From NCBI GenBank assembly GCA_002428325.1, contig DIVR01000065.1, positions 149,597 to 213,596 on the forward strand: 64,000 nt of DNA, in the 5' to 3' direction. Each line of letters starts with the position of its first letter. Within the stretch, counting starts at the first letter, position 1. Shown here piece after piece: positions 11,062 through 20,713 of this stretch. Under the pieces are notes generated by a model, which saw only the letters and a list, made by a program, of their open reading frames with translations, did no database searches and was not told where the DNA came from. Position numbers and translations under genes: made by a program. This DNA is from a bacterium UBP4_UBA6127. Its GTDB lineage: Bacteria; UBP4; UBA4092.

Positions 11062-13377
11062 ATGAACGAATCAATTAAAATAATCCATTTTATCGGGATT
11101 GGCGGAACAGGCATGAGTGGGTTAGCCCAAATCTATGCCCAGTTGGGATATACCATAACGGGTTCTGACCTTTCTGTTAATAAAATGACCCAGAAACTCT
11201 CTCAAATGGGAGTTCTGATTCATCGTTCCCATGAGCCTGAAAATATCGGGAAGGCAGATTTAGTCGTCATTTCTTCGGCTATCAAAGAAAATAATCCTGA
11301 ACTGCAGGAAGCCAGGCATTTAAACATTGAAGTATGGCATCGATCCCGGTTATTGCTGGATTTGATGTCCACTCGACAGGTGATTGCTGTCGCAGGCACT
11401 CATGGAAAAACAACCACCAGTTCCATGGTCTATTCCATGTTGTTAGCTGCGGGGTTACAGCCTACAGCGATTATCGGTGGGCGGGTTAAAGAAATATCCA
11501 GTGGAGCGACATTGGGAGAAGGTCCATGGCTGGTAGCAGAAGCAGATGAGAGTGATGGGACCTTCCTGACTTATTCACCTCAAATTTCTGTAATCAATAA
11601 TATCGAGGCCGATCATCTCGATTATTATAAAAATGATATCAATAACATAATAAAAGCGTTTCAGGAATTTGCTGATAAAGTTCCCAAGTCTGGAAAAGTG
11701 ATTATTGGAATTGATGAACCTAATGCTTATAATCTGTCACGAAACTGCCAAAAGCCATTCATTACCTTTGGTCTTCATCCCGAAGCGATGGTGAGGGCCC
11801 AGAATGTTGTTTATGAGAATTTTGGCAGTTCATCAGATATCTATCTGGAGCAAGAATTATTAGGCAGGTTATCTCTCCCTATGCCAGGTGAACATAATCT
11901 GAAGAATGCCCTGGCTTCAATTGCTGTTGGTTTTGCTGTGGGATTAACCTTTGAGCAAATCATTCCCGGGTTGGAATCTTTTAGCGGTGTTGACCGACGC
12001 TTTCAACTTCTGGGAGAAGTAAACAATATCCGGGTTTATGATGATTATGCCCATAATCCGGCTAAAGTTGCCGCTGCTATTAATGGGGCAGTAACCGGAG
12101 GCTCCAAGCGGGTCTTTGCCGTATTCCAACCCCACCGTTACACTCGGACTGAATCCTGTGCTTTAGAATTTGGAAAATCTTTTGATCATGCTTCCCAAAC
12201 AATTTTGACCAGTATTTATCCTGCGGGAGAAACACCTATCCCCGGGGTCAGTTCTCAAGTGATACTCGATTCCGCTCTGCAACATGGAAATCAGAATATT
12301 CAATTGATTCCTGATCGTGAAAAAATCAATGATTACCTGATGGAATTAATAGAGCCGGGTGATTTAGTGATATTTATGGGGGCCGGAGATATCTGGAAAA
12401 TTGGTGAAGACTTGGTCGAGCGTTTGAAAGTTCGATATTTGATTTCCGGTGATCCCGAAAAAGATTTAGCGATTACTGGCGAAGTCATAGTTAATGTCCC
12501 CCTAAGGAAATTCACTACGTTAAGAGTAGGGGGTAATGCTGATATTCTGGCAACAGCTGAATCAACGGAAGAAATCCAGAAAATCATTACTTATGCCTGT
12601 AAGCATAATATGAAATTGTTTGTATTGGGTGCTGGTTCAAACTTGTTGATTCTCGACAAAGGTATCAGGGGCATTGTTCTGAAAATGGGCCGGGGAATGG
12701 CTTATATCAATCCACTGGATGAATGTAGAATTCAATGCGGTGCGGGTATTTGGCTGGCTCAACTGGCCCGAAGCTGTGTAACCCTGGGACTCTCAGGGCT
12801 TGAACCCCTTGCGGGTATTCCTGCCACTTTGGGAGGAGCTGTCTGGATGAATGCCGGTGCCCATGGACGTACCTTGGGCGATTTAGTGGAAACTGTGAAA
12901 GTTATTACGGTTGAAGGGGAATTAAAAGAACTCCCTGCGGCAGAAATTGATTTTGCGTATCATCGGACTGATCTGAATGAATTAGTGGTAGCAGAAGCTA
13001 TCCTGAAACTCCAACCTGAAAATAAGGATGAGATTCAAAAGAAAATTGAACAGTTCCTGTCAAAGCGAAATGCTTCTCAGCCGGTTAATATGCCCAGTGC
13101 GGGATGTTTTTTTAGAAATCCCCAGATGGATTCGGCTGGGCGATTGATTGAAATGGCTGGACTGAAAGGGATGAAAATCGGGGATGCCATGATTTCTCCT
13201 AAACATGCCAATTTCTTTGTTAATACTGGACATGCTTCTGCTTTGGATTTTTTAAAGTTAATCATGCTGGTTCGAAATAAAGTTAAGCAAGAATTCAATG
13301 TTGATTTGGATTTGGAAGTGAAAATTGTGGGAGAGGGCCCTGTTCCTGAAGGATGGGATGAGGCTGGAATGCCATGA
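11062..13377 (+). CDS. murC-murB: bifunctional UDP-N-acetylmuramate--L-alanine ligase / UDP-N-acetylenolpyruvoylglucosamine reductase (MurC-MurB fusion)
   Basis: Residues 1 to about 455 are MurC (GIGGTGMSGLA, GTHGKTTT). Residues from about 470 are the MurB FAD-binding domain (LRKFTTLRVGGNADIL, GAGSNLL) and substrate domain. A single 771-aa ORF with no internal stop. Confidence 0.85.
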   Translation: MNESIKIIHFIGIGGTGMSGLAQIYAQLGYTITGSDLSVNKMTQKLSQMGVLIHRSHEPENIGKADLVVISSAIKENNPELQEARHLNIEVWHRSRLLLDLMSTRQVIAVAGTHGKTTTSSMVYSMLLAAGLQPTAIIGGRVKEISSGATLGEGPWLVAEADESDGTFLTYSPQISVINNIEADHLDYYKNDINNIIKAFQEFADKVPKSGKVIIGIDEPNAYNLSRNCQKPFITFGLHPEAMVRAQNVVYENFGSSSDIYLEQELLGRLSLPMPGEHNLKNALASIAVGFAVGLTFEQIIPGLESFSGVDRRFQLLGEVNNIRVYDDYAHNPAKVAAAINGAVTGGSKRVFAVFQPHRYTRTESCALEFGKSFDHASQTILTSIYPAGETPIPGVSSQVILDSALQHGNQNIQLIPDREKINDYLMELIEPGDLVIFMGAGDIWKIGEDLVERLKVRYLISGDPEKDLAITGEVIVNVPLRKFTTLRVGGNADILATAESTEEIQKIITYACKHNMKLFVLGAGSNLLILDKGIRGIVLKMGRGMAYINPLDECRIQCGAGIWLAQLARSCVTLGLSGLEPLAGIPATLGGAVWMNAGAHGRTLGDLVETVKVITVEGELKELPAAEIDFAYHRTDLNELVVAEAILKLQPENKDEIQKKIEQFLSKRNASQPVNMPSAGCFFRNPQMDSAGRLIEMAGLKGMKIGDAMISPKHANFFVNTGHASALDFLKLIMLVRNKVKQEFNVDLDLEVKIVGEGPVPEGWDEAGMP

Positions 13378-14252
13378 AAATCCTATATACACCAGGAAAT
13401 GAAGAATCTCAAAAGGTGAATTCCCGTCGCAAGTCGGACAAGAAACGCCGGGAATGGAAAGAAAGCTTTTATCTGATTTGTAATCGGATAATGCTTTTGG
13501 GAATTCTTATCTTGGTTTTGGCCGTTATTGGTGATATGTCCTTTTTTGTCTGGAAATCTCCTTATTTCTCAGTAGAAAAAGTAGTTTTAAATACCGTCGG
13601 ACATATAAATAAAGGCGAGATGATTCGTTCTACAGGGTTAGGTAAATCGGTTCATCTGGTCCGATATCCGGTCGGTCAGCTTAAAAATTATATCCAAAAG
13701 AATCCATGGGTCAGCCGGGTTAATATCGTTAAGGAATATCCTAACCGGATAAAGGTGTTTATCACTGAAAGAGTCCCTATTGCGCTCGTGGTTGGGAAAA
13801 ACACCTGGGGGATTGATGTTCAGGGGTATTTATTGCCAGGAATGCAAATGGAGTCCGCTCGACAGCTTCCCTTGATTACCTTGGGGGACCAGTGGGAACC
13901 AGGGACTACTTTACGGGTTGACCAGCCAGTCCTTCATAATGCATTGAGCATATTGACCCATATCAAAAAAGAAAAACCGGAAATGTTAATCATGATTTCA
14001 GAGATTGATTTATCCGATAAGGATAATATCCTGATATTTACCCAACCAGAGGGAACCGAGGTACGGATGGGGAATGAAAATATTCCAGACCGGTTACAGA
14101 ATTTCTATAAAACTATTGAAATGGCTAGGGAACAACAAATTGTTCTGGAATATATTGATCTTCGTTATGATGATCAAGGTATTGTTACTAAGCCTAGAAC
14201 TGCCCGATTTATAAAACCGGGCAGACAACCGAAGATGACTCCATCAACTTAA
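13374..14252 (+). CDS. ftsQ: cell division protein FtsQ/DivIB (POTRA domain)
   Basis: N-terminal TM followed by POTRA-like region. Position between murB and ftsA. 4-nt overlap with the murC-murB fusion. Confidence 0.75.
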   Translation: MKILYTPGNEESQKVNSRRKSDKKRREWKESFYLICNRIMLLGILILVLAVIGDMSFFVWKSPYFSVEKVVLNTVGHINKGEMIRSTGLGKSVHLVRYPVGQLKNYIQKNPWVSRVNIVKEYPNRIKVFITERVPIALVVGKNTWGIDVQGYLLPGMQMESARQLPLITLGDQWEPGTTLRVDQPVLHNALSILTHIKKEKPEMLIMISEIDLSDKDNILIFTQPEGTEVRMGNENIPDRLQNFYKTIEMAREQQIVLEYIDLRYDDQGIVTKPRTARFIKPGRQPKMTPST

Positions 14253-14294
14253 TGAATGATTTTAGTAAGGGGTTTCAAGAAGGGACAGATAGAT

Positions 14295-15515
14295 ATGATT
14301 GCCGCGCTTGATTTAGGAACCAGTAAAATCTGCGCTCTGATTGGCGAAAAAGATGAGCAGGGGAACCTGATGATCCATGGAGAAGGTACAGCACCTACCT
14401 TGGGGATCAAAGGGGGGATCATTGTGGATATGGAATCGGCTGTGAAATCTATCAATGAAGCCATCACAAAAGCAGAGAATAATGCGAATGCTGAAGCAGA
14501 TGAAGTAGTGATTGGGATTGCGGGCCGGAGTCTTCAGAGTCTTAATAATCGTAATGAAGTCACTGTAATCAGCCCCTTGAGGGGGATTACCGAAGAAGAT
14601 ATTAGAAAACTTGAGGATGGGGCCAGAAATGTGGTGATTCCTGAAGGACGGCAGCTATTGAGTGTCTTGAACCAGGGGTATTATGTGGATGATGATATCA
14701 GTGGGACGGATATCCCCCCTATTGGGATGGTAGGTTCTCGGTTGGCGTTGGATGTCCATATAGTCCATGGACAGTCCTCAGCTCTTCAAAATGTGGTTCG
14801 TTGTGTAAATCAAGCAGGTTTTGAGGTGAGTTCCATTATTCTGCAGCCTATGGCATCAGCAGCTTCGGTGTTGACACCTGACGAACGTCAGGGGGGAGTC
14901 ATTATGCTGGATATAGGAGCCGGTACTATGGACATGGTTCTTTATCAGAATAATGCCATTCGGCATACCCAGGTTATTCATATGGGCGGGAATCATATTA
15001 CTAATGATATCTCTTTTGGGCTTCGAATATCTAAAAACGATGCCGAATCCATTAAGGTTAAGTACGGATGTGCTACATTATCTTCTTTAGAACACAGTGA
15101 AGATTTTCCTATAACTCAATTGGTAGGGGGCGAAACATCCAATGTCCCGGAGAGAATCCTGGTGGAAATCATTTATCCCCGGTTGGTGGATATGTTTACT
15201 GAAGTCCAAAAAGAATTAGATAAGATTCCAACAAAATTCAAAACACCTATTGGAGTCATCATTACCGGAGGTGTTTCTAAAACCAAGGGCATTAAAGAAG
15301 TTGCTGAACGAATGTTCCAACTGCCGGTTCGCCTGGCTAATCCATCTCGATATGTTACTTATATCAAGGGATTAGATACCCCTGAATATGCAACAGCCAT
15401 TGGGCTTTTATCTCTGGCAGATGAAATGGGAATCAATACTGGAAAGAAATCAAATAAAGGCCAGTTTATTAAAGTATTCGGTTCGGTAAAACAGTTTTTT
15501 GAAAAGTATTTCTAA
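14295..15515 (+). CDS. ftsA: cell division protein FtsA (actin-like ATPase)
   Basis: MIAALDLGTSKI... actin fold. Start placed at ATG 14295, which has a GGGAC/AGAAGGG RBS. The longer ORF start at 14256 has no RBS. Confidence 0.88.
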   Translation: MIAALDLGTSKICALIGEKDEQGNLMIHGEGTAPTLGIKGGIIVDMESAVKSINEAITKAENNANAEADEVVIGIAGRSLQSLNNRNEVTVISPLRGITEEDIRKLEDGARNVVIPEGRQLLSVLNQGYYVDDDISGTDIPPIGMVGSRLALDVHIVHGQSSALQNVVRCVNQAGFEVSSIILQPMASAASVLTPDERQGGVIMLDIGAGTMDMVLYQNNAIRHTQVIHMGGNHITNDISFGLRISKNDAESIKVKYGCATLSSLEHSEDFPITQLVGGETSNVPERILVEIIYPRLVDMFTEVQKELDKIPTKFKTPIGVIITGGVSKTKGIKEVAERMFQLPVRLANPSRYVTYIKGLDTPEYATAIGLLSLADEMGINTGKKSNKGQFIKVFGSVKQFFEKYF

Positions 15516-15551
15516 TACTTAATATTCCTCGAAAAAGGGGAGGATCCTGAC

Positions 15552-16832
15552 ATGTCAATCATGATTGATTTTCCGGATCAGGAACAGCAGGTAGCAGTAA
15601 TTAAAGTAATTGGTTTAGGGGGAGGAGGCAGTAATGCTGTGGACAGCATGCTCCTTGCCGGTTTAGACAATATTGACTGTATTGTGGCCAATACTGATCG
15701 GCAGGCCTTAGGCAGCACCCGTACTCCGTACCGTATTCAACTGGGTGAATCCCTTACAAATGGACTGGGGAGCGGTGGTAAACCTGAAATTGGTGAAAAA
15801 GCCGCCCAAGAGTCCCGGGAAGCAATTCAGGCTGCTCTAAAGGGTTCTGATTTGGTCTTTATCGCCGCTGGAATGGGGGGAGGGACAGGAACTGGGGCCG
15901 CTCCTGTAATTGCTGATATTGCCCGGGAAATGGGTGCCTTATCCATTGCTGTGGTAACCAAGCCTTTTTCATTTGAGGGTCGGGAACGGATTAAAATTGC
16001 CGAAGCCGGCGCCCAACGGTTGAAAACTAAAGCAGATGCCTTAATGATTGTACCCAATGACCATTTGCTTCAGACTCATGGAGAAAAAATTTCCATGATG
16101 GATTCATTTGAAGTGGCCAACCGGGTATTGCATCAGGCTGTTATGAGTATTACCGAGTTGATTAATGTCCCGGGTAAAATTAATGTGGATTTTTCAGATA
16201 TTCGTTCTATCATTGGCAGTACCGGGGGGGCTATTATCGGGATTGGCAGTGGAAAGGGTGAAAACCGTGCTGAACAAGCCTTCCGAAAAGCCAGTTCCAG
16301 TCCCTTATTGGAGAAAACAGAAATCCAGGGTGCCCGCCGAATTCTCCTGAATGTTACCGGAGGAAACGATTTATCTCTCGTAGAGATATCCACTATAGCC
16401 CAGATGGCAAATGATTTAGCCCATCAGGATGCTCAGGTCAGAATTGGAACTGTCGTTGATAATAAAATGACGGATGAAATCAGGGTAACCCTCATTGCCA
16501 CCGGTTTTGATGGCAGTAGTGTTTCTGCGACCGCTGATTATGTGGCAAAAAGTTATGCCCGTCCTGCTCCAGCGGCTGTGTCTGTTCCTGAGCCGGTACC
16601 GGCTATTCAAGCTGAGATTGCACCTGAACCGGAGCCTGAACCTGATGAACCTAAGGAGCCGGAGTTTGAACCTGATGGACAGATGAGCTTAATTGCAGCC
16701 ATTCAACGCCGTACCCATGAAGATCACCTGCATAAAGGGTCTGATAAAGAAAATACTGAATCAGAAGAAGGGGAATCTAATGATTGGGATATCCCGGCTT
16801 TTAAGCGAATGAAAAATCTTGGATTGATGTAA
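15552..16832 (+). CDS. ftsZ: cell division GTPase FtsZ with long Pro/Glu-rich linker
   Basis: GGGTGTG tubulin signature. C-terminal conserved peptide DIPAFKRMK. About 90-aa PEPEPEP-rich linker. RBS GGGGAGGA upstream. Confidence 0.95.
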   Translation: MSIMIDFPDQEQQVAVIKVIGLGGGGSNAVDSMLLAGLDNIDCIVANTDRQALGSTRTPYRIQLGESLTNGLGSGGKPEIGEKAAQESREAIQAALKGSDLVFIAAGMGGGTGTGAAPVIADIAREMGALSIAVVTKPFSFEGRERIKIAEAGAQRLKTKADALMIVPNDHLLQTHGEKISMMDSFEVANRVLHQAVMSITELINVPGKINVDFSDIRSIIGSTGGAIIGIGSGKGENRAEQAFRKASSSPLLEKTEIQGARRILLNVTGGNDLSLVEISTIAQMANDLAHQDAQVRIGTVVDNKMTDEIRVTLIATGFDGSSVSATADYVAKSYARPAPAAVSVPEPVPAIQAEIAPEPEPEPDEPKEPEFEPDGQMSLIAAIQRRTHEDHLHKGSDKENTESEEGESNDWDIPAFKRMKNLGLM

Positions 16833-16856
16833 AGATTTATTGATCTTCAATTGAAT

Positions 16857-16892
16857 ATAAAAAACGTCGGTTTGTTGCCGGCGTTTTTTTTA
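16857..16892. terminator. bidirectional rho-independent terminator after ftsZ
   Basis: A-run, stem ACGTCGG/CCGGCGT (one G-U pair), 7-nt loop, then T8. Reads as a terminator on both strands. Confidence 0.7.
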
Positions 16893-16981
16893 TTCCCAGT
16901 AAAAACTTTGTAGACACAAAGAGGCGGCTTTCCCGATGGGGGGAGAACCGCCTTATGTTATCAAATCGAATATAAAAAGAA

Positions 16982-17071
16982 TTATCTGTGTTTGAAAGCG
17001 CCGGTACCTTTGCGTTTATTGGAGCGTTTGCATTTCCAACGCAGTTTTTTACGTTTTTTGCCTCGGTTCAT
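16982..17071 (-). CDS. 29-aa hyper-basic protein (MNRGKKRKKLRWKCKRSNKRKGTGAFKHR), possible small ribosome-associated protein
   Basis: 90-nt ORF too short for the ORF track. AAGGAA RBS 8-10 nt upstream. Shares the N-terminal motif M-x-x-GKKRK with a second mini-ORF at 29547..29642. Followed by a hairpin. Confidence 0.35.
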   Translation of the reverse strand: MNRGKKRKKLRWKCKRSNKRKGTGAFKHR

Positions 17072-17114
17072 TTTATCGGGATTCCTTTCCGCGGGAATTT
17101 AATTTACGAGCTTA

Positions 17115-17888
17115 TTATTTTAGCACAGATGAGGATATTTCGTCAGTAATGGGACCATGGGCTTCTCCCCGGACAAACTGACGAACCACCGGATCTTCGG
17201 GATCCATAAACTCTGATTTTGGTCCTACTTTGATTATTTTACCCTTATATAGCATGGCTATTCGATGGGCAATTTTAAAAACACTTTGCATATCATGGGT
17301 AACAACAATGGAGGTAACCCCTAATTTCTCATTCAATTCAATGATCAAGTTGTTAATGACATCAGCATTAATGGGGTCCAGACCGGTGGTGGGTTCATCA
17401 TAAAGAAGTATCTGAGGGTCTCTGGCCATGGCTCTGGCTAATCCGACCCTTTTTTTCATGCCTCCGGATAGTTCTGAGGGCATCATGTGCTCAATATTGG
17501 ATAAATGAACTAATTCTAGTTTCTCAGCAACGATACGGTTTTTTTCTTCATCAGATAAATCTGTATGTTCATCCAGGGCAAATCCGACATTTTCCCTGAC
17601 ATTGAGTGAATCAAAAAGGGCTGCATACTGGAAGAGCATCCCAAAGTTGCTTAGAATCTTATAAAGAGAGTCCTCTTCCATGGAAGAAACACATTCATTA
17701 TTGACCCAGACTTCTCCGGCATCGGGTTTCATCAGGCCCATGATGTGTTTCAGGGTAACGCTTTTTCCTTCTCCTGAACCTCCGATAATGACCATGATTT
17801 CACCTTCCCGGATGGTCAGGTTCATGCCATTTAGGACCTGCTTATCCCCCAGTTTCTTATATACATCTTTAAAAGTGATTATTTCCAT
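17115..17888 (-). CDS. mlaF: ABC transporter ATP-binding protein, MlaF/Mkl family
   Basis: Walker A GGSGEGKS, ABC signature LSGGMKKRV, Walker B LLYDEPT. Confidence 0.85.
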   Translation of the reverse strand: MEIITFKDVYKKLGDKQVLNGMNLTIREGEIMVIIGGSGEGKSVTLKHIMGLMKPDAGEVWVNNECVSSMEEDSLYKILSNFGMLFQYAALFDSLNVRENVGFALDEHTDLSDEEKNRIVAEKLELVHLSNIEHMMPSELSGGMKKRVGLARAMARDPQILLYDEPTTGLDPINADVINNLIIELNEKLGVTSIVVTHDMQSVFKIAHRIAMLYKGKIIKVGPKSEFMDPEDPVVRQFVRGEAHGPITDEISSSVLK

Positions 17889-18661
17889 AAGGCCAGAATA
17901 AAGGCTCCCATAATGTAATCAAATAATATTATTAAAATTGTGGAGGAAACCACTGCATTTCGAGTAGCTCTGCCTACTCCTTCAGCTCCGCCCCACGTCT
18001 TAAATCCCTGGTAACAGCCGATTAAAGCAATAAGCATCCCGAAAAAAGGGGTTTTGATGAGTCCGGCAAAAAATTCCTTAGGTTCAAGAAAGTCCTGGAT
18101 ATTGGAGAAATATATTTGTGTGGTTAAATTCAGGTTAGTCAGGGCAACAACCCATCCTCCCAGAATACCGACCAAATTCGCCAGGATGGTTAAAATCGGA
18201 AGCATGATAATGGCAGCCAGAAATCGTGGTACCACCAGATATTTCACTGGGTTGGTAGCCAGGGTCTTCATGGCATCAATCTGCTCTGTTACCTGCATGG
18301 TGCCTATTTCTGCCGCAATGGAGGCGCCGACTCGGGAGGCAATGGCCCAGGCGGTAAAAACCGGACCGATTTCTCGGGCAAAAGCAATGGCGCTGATTCC
18401 CCCGGCATAGATGGTGGCACCGAATTTGGATAGCTGGTATCCCGTTTGCAGGACAAATATCATCCCGATAAATGTGGCGGTTAATAACACTATTGGAGTA
18501 GATTCATATCCAAAATAAACCATCTGCTGGATAACATGCCGAAATCGGGGTTTACTTTTAAAGGTCCAGTGAATTGTCTGGATAAACAATTCGCTGATTT
18601 CTCCCGTTCTTTGCAATAATCGCATGGAGTTTTGGCCCAAGGCTGTTATTGGCTTCAACAT
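17879..18661 (-). CDS. mlaE: ABC transporter permease MlaE family
   Basis: Polytopic permease of the MlaE/YrbE/TGD1 family. Overlaps mlaF by 10 nt. Confidence 0.8.
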   Translation of the reverse strand: MLKPITALGQNSMRLLQRTGEISELFIQTIHWTFKSKPRFRHVIQQMVYFGYESTPIVLLTATFIGMIFVLQTGYQLSKFGATIYAGGISAIAFAREIGPVFTAWAIASRVGASIAAEIGTMQVTEQIDAMKTLATNPVKYLVVPRFLAAIIMLPILTILANLVGILGGWVVALTNLNLTTQIYFSNIQDFLEPKEFFAGLIKTPFFGMLIALIGCYQGFKTWGGAEGVGRATRNAVVSSTILIILFDYIMGAFILALWK

Positions 18662-20131
18662 TTAAAAAGGAACTCCTCCCTCAGAGACCTGATTGGGGTC
18701 CTCATCCATATCATCCTCCTCCGGGCCGTAAGCGTCATATCCCCCCGGAGGGGCCATATTCGCTGTTTCTACAAATCGAGTATAAGCATTGATAAAGGTT
18801 AAATCAATTTCATCGGTGGGACCATTACGTTGTTTTGCCACAATCAATTTCATGGGACGGTTCGAATCAGGCATTTCATCATTTTTATCAGCTATAGGCC
18901 GATGGAGAAACATGATAACATCGGCATCCTGTTCAATGGCGCCTGATTCCCGAAGATCTGACAATTGGGGTTTGGCATCTTTTCCACGCATTTCCACTTG
19001 CCGGTTCAGCTGGGACAAAGCAATAATGGGAGCGCTGATTTCCCTGGCCAGGGCCTTCAATGAACGGGAAATCTCAGATATTTCTTGTTGCCGGCTTTCT
19101 GACCGAGCCCTTGATGACATTAATTGCAGGTAATCGATAACAACCAATCCCAGTTCGGGACATTTTGATTTCAGCCGAAGAACCTTTGCCCGTAATTCCA
19201 TAATAGCAATGCCGGGGGTGTCATCAATATATAACTTGGTTTTCATCAATCTGTTGGCTGAATCCATGATATCTTTCAGATTTTTCTGGCTTAGCATACC
19301 ATCCCGAATCCTCTGGGATGAAACTCCCGCCTCCGTACAGAGCATACGCTGGACAATCTGTTCTTTGGACATTTCCAGGGAGAAGACCAGTACGGGAACC
19401 CCAGGATACGTCCCGATAGGGGTGGCGATATGAGTCCCGATATTTAATGCAAAAGATGTTTTACCAATGCTGGGCCGGGCTGCCAGGATAATCAGGTCTG
19501 ATTTCTGGAATCCACCGGTCAGGTTATTCAAGGTTTTGAAACCGGTTGGGAGACCTGTCAATCCGCCCCGTCGCTGATAAATCAAATCAATGTGGTCGAT
19601 GACCGTATGCATAATAGAATCAAGCGATTGGACATCGCTGTCCTGCTTTTGCTGGGCAATATCTAATATTAAACGTTCTGCTTCTTCTACTACAGTATCG
19701 ATTTTTAGGCTGGAATCGTAACTTTTCTGGGCAATCTCTTCAGCCGCAAGAATTAATCGGCGGGCAATGGCCTTTTCTTTTAAAATCTGGGCATAATCGA
19801 GTATATTGGCTGTGGTGACCACATTTTCAACCAGGGCTGTCAGGTAAGGGGCACCTCCAACAGCATCTAATTTCCCCATCCTGGACAGCTCTTCGGTCAT
19901 TGTGACCAGGTCAACCGATTGGTTGCGTTCAAAGAGATCCTCAATGGCTTTGAAAATGATGGTATGGTTGGTTGAATAGAAAAAGTCCGGAGTAATATAC
20001 CGGTAAATATCATTTATAGTGGAATTGTCCAGTAATAAGGCTCCCAGAAGGTTTCTCTCGGCATCCTCATTGTGGGGTAGCGTTCTTTCTTGCGACTGTA
20101 TCAGGGTGGAGTCTGAATAACGGGTCATCAT
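18662..20131 (-). CDS. dnaB: replicative DNA helicase DnaB
   Basis: DnaB N-terminal domain plus RecA-like core (GARPSIGKTSFALN, Walker B). Start set at MMTRY (20131), preceded by GAGGGG. The longer ORF would run through the rplI terminator. Confidence 0.88.
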   Translation of the reverse strand: MMTRYSDSTLIQSQERTLPHNEDAERNLLGALLLDNSTINDIYRYITPDFFYSTNHTIIFKAIEDLFERNQSVDLVTMTEELSRMGKLDAVGGAPYLTALVENVVTTANILDYAQILKEKAIARRLILAAEEIAQKSYDSSLKIDTVVEEAERLILDIAQQKQDSDVQSLDSIMHTVIDHIDLIYQRRGGLTGLPTGFKTLNNLTGGFQKSDLIILAARPSIGKTSFALNIGTHIATPIGTYPGVPVLVFSLEMSKEQIVQRMLCTEAGVSSQRIRDGMLSQKNLKDIMDSANRLMKTKLYIDDTPGIAIMELRAKVLRLKSKCPELGLVVIDYLQLMSSRARSESRQQEISEISRSLKALAREISAPIIALSQLNRQVEMRGKDAKPQLSDLRESGAIEQDADVIMFLHRPIADKNDEMPDSNRPMKLIVAKQRNGPTDEIDLTFINAYTRFVETANMAPPGGYDAYGPEEDDMDEDPNQVSEGGVPF

Positions 20132-20157
20132 GCCCCTCGGCCTATTTCTCTCATTAT

Positions 20158-20192
20158 AAAAAAAAAGGGGAAAATTTGAATCCATTTTCCCC
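20158..20192 (-). terminator. rho-independent terminator of rplI
   Basis: On the minus strand: GGGGAAAAT, 8-nt loop, ATTTTCCCC, then T9. A TATAAT-like box and the dnaB RBS follow. Confidence 0.7.
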
Positions 20193-20245
20193 TTTGTTGA
20201 TTCGGTTGTCAAACCTTTTTTATAAGGTTTGCCGGAAAACCAAAC

Positions 20246-20689
20246 TTATTCGCTGATGACTTCAACCTGAACGGTTGCTATAACATCAGGATGAACCTTG
20301 ATTTCCGCCGTGTAAGTGCCAACAGCCTTGATAGTTTCGGCTAGGTGGACTTTCTTGCGATCAATTTCATGTCCCAGTTTTACCAGTTCGGAAACAATGT
20401 CCGATGAAGTGACAGAGCCAAACAATTTACCTTCTTCGCCTGTTTTCGCTTTAATGGTTACCTTCAAAGCCGAAAGGGTGGCGGCAAACTGTTCTGCGCT
20501 GCCTTTCTGTTCAGCCAATACTTTGGCTCGTTTGGTCTTTTCCATCTCAAACAGTTGAACAGCATGGCGAGTCGCTTCCAGGGCCAGTTTACGGGGAATA
20601 AGATAGTTTCGGGCATATCCGGGAGCTACATTCACTGTATCGCCGTAATTCCCGAGACCTTCAATATCGTCTTTCAGTATGACCTTCAT
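20246..20689 (-). CDS. rplI: 50S ribosomal protein L9
   Basis: MKVILKDDIEGLGNYGDTVNVAPGYARNYLIP matches the L9 N-terminus. Confidence 0.92.
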   Translation of the reverse strand: MKVILKDDIEGLGNYGDTVNVAPGYARNYLIPRKLALEATRHAVQLFEMEKTKRAKVLAEQKGSAEQFAATLSALKVTIKAKTGEEGKLFGSVTSSDIVSELVKLGHEIDRKKVHLAETIKAVGTYTAEIKVHPDVIATVQVEVISE

Positions 20690-20713
20690 TGTGATTACCT
20701 TTCCTTCGTCAAT

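Noticed and set aside
16560-16700. Short tandem DNA repeats (gaacctga / gagccgga units) near the 3' end of ftsZ.
   Set aside because: They encode the (PE)n low-complexity linker of FtsZ. It is a coding microsatellite-like stretch, not a CRISPR or regulatory repeat.
20131-20212. Longer DnaB N-terminus starting at 20212.
   Set aside because: The extra 27 codons would run through the rplI intrinsic terminator hairpin and T-tract. A good RBS (GAGGGG) precedes the Met at 20131.
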